Shown: in pieces, positions 49,898 to 61,300 of the stretch
Layout: every line of letters starts with the position of its first letter
Numbering within the stretch: the first letter of the stretch is position 1
Assembly (NCBI GenBank): GCA_964016885.1
Contig: OZ024742.1
Coordinates: forward strand, 288,982,001 to 289,046,000
Source of the DNA: Eledone cirrhosa
Lineage: Eukaryota
Length of the DNA: 64,000 nt
Direction of reading: 5' to 3'
Program-made: the position numbers and the translations under genes
Notes under the pieces: generated by a model
Databases searched by the model: none
The model's input: only the letters and a program-made list of their open reading frames with translations
What the model was told of the DNA's origin: nothing

Positions 49898-50415
49898 TTT
49901 GGCACAAGGCCAGCAATTACGCAGTACATTACTGGTACTTTATTTTACGGGGTCGATAAAATAAAGTACCAGTAATGTACTGGGTAATTGCTGGCCGTGT
50001 GCCAAAAGTAGAAACAATTATTTTATTACTCAAATTTAATATTGTTTGCAAATCGAATGATAGCAATATATGGCAGTAAAGAAATGTTTATCCTCGCTCT
50101 TTTACAGATATGCTAAGTAATAATTGTTTCTACTTTAGGCACAAGGCCAGCAATTACCCAGTGCATTACTGGTACTTTATTTTATCAACCCCGTAAGGAT
50201 GAAAGGCAAAGTCAACCTCGGCGGGATTTGAACTCAGATCGTAATAGTTTCTTATATAGGCACAAGGCTAGCAATTTTGGGGAAGAGCAAAGTTGATTAA
50301 ATCGACCCCAGTGTGTGACTGCTACTTTATTTTATCGATCCCATAAGGATGAAAGGCAAAGTTAACCTCGGCGGGATTTGAACTCAGACCATAAAGGGCA
50401 TACTGCCAAACCACC
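49898..50415. mobile_element. SINE cluster: a palindromic SINE derivative plus two minus-strand SINE copies
   Basis: Same core as 22803-22995; palindrome at 49898-50006; copies at about 50120-50240 and 50245-50410. Confidence 0.85.
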
Positions 50416-50999
50416 TCATTACAAGAAGAAGAAGGAGGAGGGGGAGGAAAAGAAGAAGAAACAACATATCTTCACTGAAATTAAGTTATGTTCTGCCAGC
50501 ATGTTTGATTAGAACAACATTGAAATGGAAATGAAATTATTTTAAGTCCCATGAGCTCTCTAATAAATATCTCTGAATTGAATGTTTCTTAATGTTGGTT
50601 TTTCTTTCATTATTTTTCAATTCAAAATTATGAAACGGCATCGAGGATTACTGTACGAATGTGTGAATATAAATTGTGGGATGGTCACGACTGGAGAATC
50701 TTCATAACTGATCTCTTTGATCAGGTTATTAAAGCTTTAAACAACAACAACAACAACCATCATATGTCACTTAATGTCAATTTTAAAATTAAGAATTATG
50801 AAAAAAATCACCACAGATTTTTCTACCACAAAAGTGTGAATAAAAGATGTGAAATGGCCTCAACTGGAATATCTTGATACTAGATCGACCGGGTTGACCT
50901 AGGATAAAACAAAAATATCAAAGATCATCAGTGACCTCTTAATATTAATTTAACCAATGAAAAGACATGGCTTGTATCATAATATTTTAAATTTCTACA

Positions 51000-51770
51000 C
51001 CCATACATCTCAGTCCATGATTTACTCTTTGTCATCTTCTCTGTAAGGTTCAGTGTTTTGAGATCTGCTCTCACCATCTCTGCCCAGGTATTCCTTGGCC
51101 TTCCTTTAGCTTCCTTAGCTTCTTTCCAGTGAGAGCTTCTAGCACTTCTTCTCTCAATGAACATCTTCCATGCACTTCACATGTCCATACCAACACAGTC
51201 TTTTCTCTTGTACACTACATTTCATTCTTCTTATATCCAGTTTCACAGCCCATCCATCTTTTGTTCTTGATGCACATTAATGTCTCATATATCTATTAAA
51301 ACATACTCACTACATTTCTCTCCAGCTTTCACATATCCTCTGCATTTACTGTTCATGTTTCACTTCCATGCAACACTGCATTTTGAAAATAGGCATCATA
51401 CTGTTGGTCTTTTGTTCATAGAGAGAAACCATTTGTTGTCAATAGAGGCTGTAACACTCTAAACTTTTCCTAGCCTGTTCTTATTCTTTCAGAGCAACCA
51501 CCTCCACTGCTAATTAGGTCACCTAAGTAGCAAAAGCTATCAACTACTTCTATGGAGCTTTCCTGGAATTGGAAAACGTTTATTTCACTGGGGCTCTTAC
51601 TAAAAACAACCCTTGCTTATTCCCACTTAAAAAGCTTACCTTTTCTATTAGTCTGCCTACAATTCCACTATATCTCTTGTGCATCCAAGTTTTACATTGT
51701 GTACATCATATAGAGTTCCTACATATTTCTTGTCTACATATTCAATACAGCCACTTTCCCAATGCTGTTT
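51000..51770 (-). mobile_element. Old degenerate RTE remnant
   Basis: Remnants of GKW..C, SFCYLGD, LHGSET and GRPRNTW. Confidence 0.75.
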
Positions 51771-51994
51771 GGGACTATATAATTATGAAGATTTGAAAAG
51801 CCTGCACATGTTAGTATGGCGCTGCAGTGAAAAATTACTAGATGAAGATTGAAAATGGTGAGCAATTGAGAAACCTTGGATTGTAGGAGGAGGGATATGA
51901 TCTGAGGTCACAATATTAGGAATGTGACCTGAAATGGCAAGTGAATGAATATAGCCTGTCTCTTTGAGAAACATACATTTTCATGAGAATTTTT

Positions 51995-52225
51995 GTGTAG
52001 TGCTCAGGTGCACTACAACTCATCAAAAGTGCATGTATAGTACATAGAATAATGTACAAATGTCAGGAAAGTGAACAGTGTATGAGTCATGGTATACACA
52101 CAGACACACACATGTCTGGAGGGGGAATATCAGGAAGCATGGAAGTTTCGAAGGATGTAGTGTCCCAACAGATAACAACTGATGCAGTTAGTTTGTTCCA
52201 TGCTTCAGCAACTCTGAGCGTGAAC
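51995..52225 (-). mobile_element. CR1 3'-end fragment
   Basis: Matches 26730-26980. Confidence 0.85.
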
Positions 52226-52707
52226 ATTGAACTAGATTCTACTTCAGACCTCCCATGTTGTTCTCATCTATTTATTAACAGTCATCACAGACAGACTTCC
52301 ATCCTTACATAATATTCTCAGCAATGGTTATGATAGAAACATCTATATGAACAGTGTATGGTGTTACTATATTCTAAAAAATCATTATCGCAATCATTAC
52401 CATTATTATTTAGGCAATTAAACACATTTCACTGCCAAGAATCTAATTAATTACAGATTGACACACTGACATTATTATGACGTTATACAAACGTTTCTTT
52501 GATGACGTAGAGAATTAATTAGAGCCAGGATGAAGTTTATCGTGAAATGAAAGAAAATCAAAGATGTTTAAATATATAAACAAAAACCAATAGATTTGCA
52601 ATTAAAACATTGATTCCATATGTAAAATCAGGCTGATAAACAATAAAATCCTTTGATTATTAACAACAGCAGCTAATAGACTATTTCAGCTATTGTAGTA
52701 AATTTAA

Positions 52708-52914
52708 CCCTTTTCATACCAAACTGTCTGAAACCTCCTCCATTCTAAATTGTTTATATTTATCTAAAAACCTTCCATCATAATTTTATAAAAGACCAGC
52801 TTAATAATGTGAAAGTTAGTTATATTACTAAATCCCTCCAAATTCTTGATCATTTTCAAAATTATTTTAAAATCATAGGCAGTGTCTTTCATTAGAAATA
52901 TGGTAACAAAAGGG
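52708..52914. mobile_element. piggyBac-type MITE (second family)
   Basis: TTAA|CCCTTTTCATACCA...TGGTAACAAAAGGG|TTAA; related pieces at 34085-34650 and 52920-53150. Confidence 0.7.
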
Positions 52915-54159
52915 TTAAAGTGTCTATATTTATCTAAAAACTTTCTATCATAATTTTATGTAAGAACTGTACTTAAGTTATGTTCAGAATGCCAGCTTGA
53001 TAATAAGAAAGTTTGTTATATTACTAAATTCCTACAAATTCACAATTTTTTTCTCAAAATATGGTAATGAAAAAGTTATAGTGTTTATATTTATCTAAAA
53101 ACCTATCATAATTTTATGTAAAAACTTTTAAGTTAGGTTCAAAACACCAACTCCCATTCAAAATTGCTGGCCATGTGTCTAAATTAAAAACCATTATTTT
53201 ACAGAATATTTTCAAAATTTGTTCTAGCTCTCTGCATGCTGAGTTAAAATCCAGCCAAGGTCAACTTTGTCTTTTATCCCCTTGAGGTTGATAAAATAAA
53301 GTACCAATTGAATACTGGAGTGAATGTCATTGGCTCCTTGTAACCATACCAAACATTTGCTGACCTTGTGTCTAAATAAGTACCTATTACTTATAAGATA
53401 CAGAAATTGAATGCCAACTGAGATAAGATAGGGTTTGAGAGGGCTTTGAGTCTAGCCTAGGTATGATAACATCTGCACCCAGTCACTCTGTAAAGTGATA
53501 GTGCTGATGGAAAATACCTCCAAACATACCCAGTATAGTGGTTGGCATAAGGAAGGGTATCCAGTTATAGAAACCATACTTCCAGTACACACTGTATAAT
53601 TGTTGGCCTTAAGAAGGGCATCCAGTTATAGAAACCATACCAAATACAAAATGGAATGAACAAGATTGGTTAGTCTGACCCGTCTGGTCAAGAACCATAA
53701 CAGCCTGTCCAATACCAGTGTCAGATTTAGGACAAATGAGGTCCTGTGCTATTTAAGTTATGAGGCCTCTTACTTGGGCTCTGAAGGAGGTAAAAAAATC
53801 TTTTGGCAGGAAGATGAGCTCCCATGGCCAACAAGGTGTTGTACTTAAGCCCACCTAAGCACAATGTAAATCTGACACAATGAAAATTGGACATAAAATG
53901 AAGATGATGAGGATGATATATTTTGACAATTGTGAAAACTTAAAAATTTCCTGGAGCCAAAATATCAATATGTAGATTGTAGTTGAAGAATAAGATTTCA
54001 CCTAAATGGCAACATTCTCTATATTTCTGCCAATATATAATATGGCATATAATTGCAAGTGTGTATACAAATATACAACAGTGTAAACACTTTATTTCTG
54101 ATTGTGTTTATATCTACTCAATGCAGGACCCAAATACACATACACTGTAGTTGATATAA

Positions 54160-54397
54160 ACATATACACATATATATATTTGTGTGTGTATATTGTGTGT
54201 GTATTTGTGTGTATATGTGTGTGTATGTGTGTATATTTGTGTGTATATTTGTGTGTGTATGTGTGCATCTGTGTGTGTAGGTGTATATATTTGTGTGTGG
54301 AAGAAGAAAAAGAAGAAGAGGTAGCTAGGTATATAGATAGATAGATAGGTACATAGATGGATAGACAGACAGAGAGGTAGATAGATAGATTGAGAGA

Positions 54398-54472
<75 letters not shown>

Positions 54473-55050
54473 GGAGAGATAGATAAGTGGTAGGTAGGTG
54501 AAACGTTGATGTTAATGTAAACCATGTGAGCAACAAATAATGAAGTCTTCCTCTCTTACATTGCGTGGGTGTCTGTCTGTAGAAATATAGTGTAATGGTG
54601 GCTATAGCTGGCTGGCTGGTTTGGATGGCTGGTTGTATGGTTTGTTGGCTGGGTTGATACTTGGCTGGATGATTAGTTCGTTAGTTGGCTGGCTGGATGG
54701 GTTGGCTGGTTGGTTTGGCTAGATGGCTGGTTTGTTGCATGGTTTGTTGTATGGTTTGTTGGCTGGCTGCCTAGTTGGATGGTTAGATGGCTGGCTGTTT
54801 GGGTGGTTAGTCAGCTGGCTGGTTGGATGGTTAGTCGGCTGGCTGGCTGGCTGGTTAGTCGGCTGGCTGGTTGGTTGGCTGGTTGGCTGGATAGTTTGTT
54901 GGATGGTTGGATGGTTAGTCGGCTGGCTGGATGGTTGGCTGACCGGTTGATGGCTTGTGGATGGATGGTTAGTCAGTTGGCTGGTTGGTTAGATGATGGG
55001 ATGGTTAGATGTATGGTTGGCTGGCTGGCTGGTTGGCTGGTTGTTTACCT
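54160..55050. repeat. Microsatellite series: (TG/TA)n, (GATA)n, (GA)n, (GGCT/GGTT/GGAT)n
   Basis: Directly visible. Confidence 0.9.
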
Positions 55051-55344
55051 GCGTGGGTGTCTATGGAGAGATTACCGTTGTCATTATTGTGGAGGTGGTA
55101 CCGCTGGGATAGAGGTGGTGCTTCTGTTATTGGGGGTGGCACCGATATTGTTGGTGTTGTTGTTGTTGTTATTGGCAGTAGTACAAGAAGTGCTGATGTT
55201 GATGGTGGTGATGTGGTGGGAAAGAGATGATGCTGTTGTAAGTGGTGTGTGTTGGTGGTGGTAGTTGTGGTATTGTTGGTCTGGCTGTTGATGCTGGTGG
55301 TAGTGATGTTGCTGATGATGGTGGCGTTATTGCTATTAGAGGTG

Positions 55345-58300
55345 ATAGTAAGGTTGATGGTGGTGGTGTTGGTTGTAGTAAGGTTGATGGTGGTTGTGTT
55401 GGTGGTGGTGTTGGTAGTGGTGGTAGTAAGGCTGATGGTAGTGGTTTTGGTGGTGGTGTTGGTGTTGGTGGTGGTGTTAGTAAGGTTGATGGTAGTGGTG
55501 TTGGTGGTGGTGGTAGTAAGGTTGATGGCAGTGGTGTTGGTGGTGGTGGTAGTAAGGTTGATGGCAGTGGTGTTGGTGGTGGTGGTAGTAAGGTTGATGG
55601 TAGTGGTGTTGGTGGTGGTGGTAGTAAGGTTGATGGCAGTGGTGTTGGTGGTGGTGGTAGTAAGGTTGATGGCAGTGGTGTTGGTGGTGGTGGAAGTAAG
55701 GTTGATGGTAGTGGTGTTGGTAGTGTGGTAGTAAGGTTGATGGCAGTGGTGGTGGTGGTGTGGTAGTAAGGTTGATGGTAGTGGTGTTGGTAGTGTGGTA
55801 GTAAGGTTGATGGCAGTGGTGGTGGTGGTGTGGTAGTAAGGTTGATGGTAGTGGTGTTGGTAGTGGTGGTAGTAAGGTTGATGGTAGTGGTGTTGGTGGT
55901 GGTGGTAGTAAGGTTGATGGCAGTGGTGTTGGTGGTGGTGGAAGTAAGGTTGATGGTAGTGGTGTTGGTGGTGGTGGTAGTAAGGTTGATGGTAGTGGTG
56001 TTGGTAGTGTGGTAGTAAGGTTGATGGTAGTGGTGTTGGTAGTGTGGTAGTAAGGTTGATGGCAGTGGTGGTGGTGGTGTGGTAGTAAGGTTGATGGCAG
56101 TGGTGTTGGTGGTGGTGGAAGTAAGGTTGATGGCAGTGGTGTTGGTGGTGGTGGTAGTAAGGTTGATGGTAGTGGTGTTGGTAGTGTGGTAGTAAGGTTG
56201 ATGGTAGTGGTGTTGGTAGTGTGGTAGTAAGGTTGTTGGCAGTGGTGGTGGTGGTGTGGTAGTAAGGTTGATGGTAGTGGTGTTGGTAGTGTGGTAGTAA
56301 GGTTGATGGCAGTGGTGGTGGTGGTGTGGTAGTAAGGTTGATGGTAGTGGTGTTGGTAGTGTGGTAGTAAGGTTGATGGCAGTGGTGGTGGTGGTGTGGT
56401 AGTAAGGTTGATGGTAGTGGTGTTGGTAGTGGTGGTAGTAAGGTTGATGGTAGTGGTGTTGGTGGTGGTGGTAGTAAGGTTGATGGCAGTGGTGTTGGTG
56501 GTGGTGGAAGTAAGGTTGATGGTAGTGGTGTTGGTGGTGGTGGTAGTAAGGTTGATGGTAGTGGTGTTGGTGGTGGTGGTAGTAAGGTTGATGGCAGTGG
56601 TGTTGGTAGTGTGGTAGTAAGGTTGATGGTAGTGGTGTTGGTGGTGGTGGTAGTAAGGTTGATGGCAGTGGTGTTGGTGGTGGTGGTAGTAAGGTTGATG
56701 GCAGTGGTGTTGGTGGTGGTGGAAGTAAGGTTGATGGTAGTGGTGTTGGTGGTGGTGGTAGTAAGGTTGATGGTAGTGGTGTTGGTAGTGTGGTAGTAAG
56801 GTTGATGGTAGTGGTGTTGGTAGTGTGGTAGTAAGGTTGATGGCAGTGGTGGTGGTGGTGTGGTAGTAAGGTTGATGGTAGTGGTGTTGGTAGTGTGGTA
56901 GTAAGGTTGATGGCAGTGGTGGTGGTGGTGTGGTAGTAAGGTTGATGGTAGTGGTGTTGGTAGTGGTGGTAGTAAGGTTGATGGTAGTGGTGTTGGTGGT
57001 GGTGGAAGTAAGGTTGATGGTAGTGGTGTTGGTGGTGGTGGTAGTAAGGTTGATGGTAGTGGTGGTGGTGGTGGTGGTAGTAAGGTTGATGGCAGTGGTG
57101 TTGGTGGTGGTGGTAATAAGGTTGATGGTAGTGGTGTTGGTGGTGGTGGTAGTAAGGTTGATGGCAGTGGTGTTGGTAGTGTGGTAGTAAGGTTGATGGT
57201 AGTGGTGTTGGTGGTGGTGGTAGTAAGGTTGATGGTAGTGGTGGTGGTGGTGGTGGTAGTAAGGTTGATGGCAGTGGTGTTGGTGGTGGTGGAAGTAAGG
57301 TTGATGGTAGTGGTGTTGGTGGTGGTGGTAGTAAGGTTGATGGCAGTGGTGTTGGTAGTGTGGTAGTAAGGTTGATGGCAGTGGTGTTGGTGGTGGTGGT
57401 AGTAAGGTTGATGGCAGTGGTGTTGGTGGTGGTGGTAGTAAGGTTGATGGTAGTGGGGTTGGTGGTGGTGGTAGTAAGATTGATGGTAGTGGTGTTGGTG
57501 GTGGTGGTAGTAAGGTTGATGGTAGTGGTGTTGGTGGTGGTGGTAGTAAGGTTGATGGCAGTGGTGTTGGTGGTGGTGGTAGTAAGGTTGATGGCAGTGG
57601 TGTTGGTGGTGGTGGTAGTAAGGTTGATGGCAGTGGTGTTGGTGGTGGTGGTAGTAAGGTTGATGGTAGTGGGGTTGGTGGTGGTGGTAGTAAGATTGAT
57701 GGTAGTGGTGTTGGTGGTGGTGGTAGTAAGGTTGATGGTAGTGGTGGTGGTGGTGTGGTAGTAAGGTTGATGGTAGTGGTGTTGGTGGTGGTGGTAGTAA
57801 GGTTGATGGTAGTGGTGTTGGTGGTGGTGGTAGTAAGGTCGATGGCAGTGGTGGTGGTGGTGGTGGAAGTAAGGTTGATGGCAGTGGTGGTGGTGGTGGT
57901 GGTAGTAAGTTTGATGGTAGTGGTGGTGGTGGTGTGGTAGTAAGGTTGATGGTAGTGGTGGTGGTGGTGTGGTAGTAAGGTTGATGGTAGTGGTGTTGGT
58001 GGTGGTGGTAGTAAGGTTGATGGTAGTGGTGTTGGTGGTGGTGGTAGTAAGGTTGATGGCAGTGGTGGTGGTGGTGGTGGTAGTAAGGTTGATGGCAGTG
58101 GTGGTGGTGGTGGTGGTAGTAAGGTTGATGGTAGTGGTGTTGGTGGTGGTGGTAGTAAGGTTGATGGTAGTGGTGTTGGTGGTGGTGGTAGTAAGGTTGA
58201 TGGTAGTGGTGTTGGTGGTGGTGGAAGTAAGATTGATGGTAGTGGTGTTGGTGGTGGTTGTAGTAAGGTTGATGGCAGTGGTGTTGGTGGTGGTGGTAGT

Positions 58301-61300
58301 AAGGTTGATGGCAGTGGTGTTGGTGGTGGTGGAAGTAAGGTTGATGGCAGTGGTGATGGTGGTGGTGGTAGTAAGGTTGATGGTAGTGGTGTTGGTGGTG
58401 GTGGTAGTAAGGTTGATGGAAGTGGTGTTGGTGGTGGTGGTAGTAAGGTTGATGGCAGTGGTGGTGGTGGTGGTAGTAAGGTTGATGACAGTGGTGGTGG
58501 TGGTGGTAGTAAGGTTGATGGCAGTGGTGTTGGTGGTGGTGGTAGTAAGGTTGATGGTAGTGGTGTTGGTGGTGGTGGTAGTAAGGTTGATGGTAGTGGT
58601 GTTGGTGGTGGTGGTAGTAAGGTTGATGGTAGTGGTGGTGGTGGTGGTGGTAGTAAGGTTGATGGTAGTGGTGTTGGTGGTGGTGGTAGTAAGGTTGATG
58701 GCAGTGGTGTTGGTGGTAGTAAGGTTGATGGTAGTGGTGTTGGTGGTGGTGGTAGTAAGGTTGATGGCAGTGGTGTTGGTGGTAGTAAGGTTGATGGTAG
58801 TGGTGTTGGTGGTGGTGGTAGTAAGGTTGATGGCAGTGGTGTTGGTGGTAGTAAGGTTGATGGTAGTGGTGTTGGTGGTGGTGGTAGTAAGGTTGATGGT
58901 AGTGGTGTTGGTGGTAGTAAGGTTGATGGCAGTGGTGGTGGTGGTGGTGGTGGTAGTAAGGTTGATGGTAGTGGTGTTGGTGGTGGTGTTGGTGGTGGTG
59001 GTAGTAAGATTGATGGCAGTGGTGGTGGTGGTGGTGGAAGTAAGTTTGATGGCAGTGGTGTTGGTGGTGGTGGTAGTAAGGTTGATGGCAGTGGTGTTGG
59101 TGGTGGTGGTAGTAAGGTTGATGGTAGTGGTGTTGGTGGTGGTGGTAGTAAGGTTGATGGCAGTGGTGTTGGTGGTGGTGGTAGTAAGGTTGATGGTAGT
59201 GGTGTTGGTGGTGGTGGTAGTAAGGTTGATGGTAGTGGTGTTGGTGCTGGTGGTAGTAAGTTTGATGGCAGTGGTGTTGGTGGTGGTGTTAGTAAGGTTG
59301 ATGGCAGTGGTGTTGGTGGTGGTGTTAGTAAGGTTGATGGTAGTGGTGTTGGTGGTGGTGGTAGTAAGGTTGATGGTAGTGGTGTTGGTGGTGGTGGTAG
59401 TAAGGTTGATGGTAGTGGTGTTGGTGGTGGTGGAAGTAAGTTTGATGGCAGTGGTGTTGGTGGTGGTGGTAGTAAGGTTGATGGCAGTGGTGTTGGTGGT
59501 GGTGGTAGTAAGGTTGATGGTAGTGGTGTTGGTGGTGTTGGTAGTAAGGTTGATGGTAGTGGTGTTGGTGGTGGCGGTAGTAAGGTTGATGGTAGTGGTG
59601 TTGGTGGTGGTGGTAGTAAGGTTGATGGTAGTGGTGTTGGTGGTGGTGGTAGTAAGGTTGATGGTAGTGGTGTTGGTGGTGGTGGTAGTAAGGTTGATGG
59701 TAGTGGTGTTGGTGGTGGTGGTAGTAAGGTTGATGGCAGTGGTGTTGGTGGTGGTGGAAGTAAGATTGATGGTAGTAGTGTTGGTGGTGGTGGTAGTAAG
59801 GTTGATGGCAGTGGTGGTGGTGGTGTGGTAGTAAGGTTGATGGTAGTGGTGTTGGTGGTGGTGGTAGTAAGGTTGATGGTAGTGGTGTTGGTGGTGGTGG
59901 TAGTAAGGTTGATGGCAGTGGTGTTGGTGGTGGTGGAAGTAAGATTGATGGTAGTAGTGTTGGTGGTGGTGGTAGTAAGGTTGATGGCAGTGGTGGTGGT
60001 GGTGTGGTAGTAAGGTTGATGGTAGTGGTGTTGGTGGTGGTGGTAGTAAGGTTGATGGCAGTGGTGTTGGTGGTGGTGGTAGTAAGTTTGATGGCAGTGG
60101 TGGTGGTGGTGGTGGAAGTAAGGTTGATGGCAGTGGTGGTGGTGGTGGTGGAAGTAAGGTTGATGGTAGTGGTGTTGGTGGTGGTGGTAGTAAGGTTGAT
60201 GGCAGTGGTGTTGGTGGTGGTGGTAGTAAGGTTGATGGTAGTGGTGTTGTTGGTGGTGGTAGTAAGGTTGATTGCAGTGGTGGTGGTAGTGTGGTAGTAA
60301 GGTTGATGGTAGTGGTGTTGGTGGTGGTGGTAGTAAGGTTGATGGCAGTGGTGTTGGTAGTGGTGATAGTAAGGTTGTTGGCAGTGGTGTTGGTGGTGGT
60401 GGTAGTAAGATTGATGGTAGTGGTGTTGGTGGTGGTGGTAGTAAGGTTGATGGTATTGATGGTAGTGGTGTTGGTGGTGGTGGAAGTAAGGTTGATGGTA
60501 GTGGTGGTAGTAAGGTTGATGGCAGTGGTGGTGGTAGTGTGGTAGTAAGGTTGATGGTAGTGGTGTTGGTGGTGGTGGTAGTAAGGTTGATGGCAGTGGT
60601 GTTGGTGGTGGTGGTAGTAAGGTTGATGGCAGTGGTGGAGGTGGTGGTGGAAGTAAGGTTGATGGCAGTGGTGTTGGTGGTGGTGGTAGTAAGGTTGATG
60701 GTAGTGGTGTTGGTGGTGGTGGTAGTAAGGTTGATGGCAGTGGTGGTGGTGGTGGTGGTGGTAGTAAGGTTGATGGCAGTGGTGTTGGTGGTGGTGGTAG
60801 TAAGGTTGGTGGTGGTGGTGTTGGTGGTGGTGGTAGTAAGGTTGATGGCAGTGGTGGTGGTGGTGGTGGAAGTAAGTTTGATGGCAGTGGTGTTGGAGGT
60901 GGTGGTAGTAAGGTTGATGGTAGTGGTGTTGGTGGTGGTAGTAGTAAGGTTGATGGTAGTGGTGTTGGTGGTAGTAAGGTTGATGGTAGTGGTGTTGGTG
61001 GTGGTGGTAGTAAGGTTGATGGTAGTGGTGTTGGTGGTGGTGGTAGTAAGGTTGATGGTAGTGGTGTTGGTGGTGGTGGTAGTAAGGTTGATGGCAGTGG
61101 TGGTGGTGGTGGTGGTAGTAAGATTGATGGCAGTGGTGTTGGTAATGTGGTAGTAAGGTTGATGGCAGTGGTGTTGGTGTTGGTGGTAGTAAGGTTGATG
61201 GCAGTGGTGTTGGTGGTGGTGGTAGTAAGGTTGATGGTAGTGGTGTTGGTGGTGGTGGTAGTAAGGTTGATGGCAGTGGTGGTGGTGGTGGTGGTAGTAA

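Noticed and set aside
54710-55264. Trp/Leu/Gly-rich ORF
   Set aside because: Translation of (GGCT/GGTT/GGAT)n repeats.
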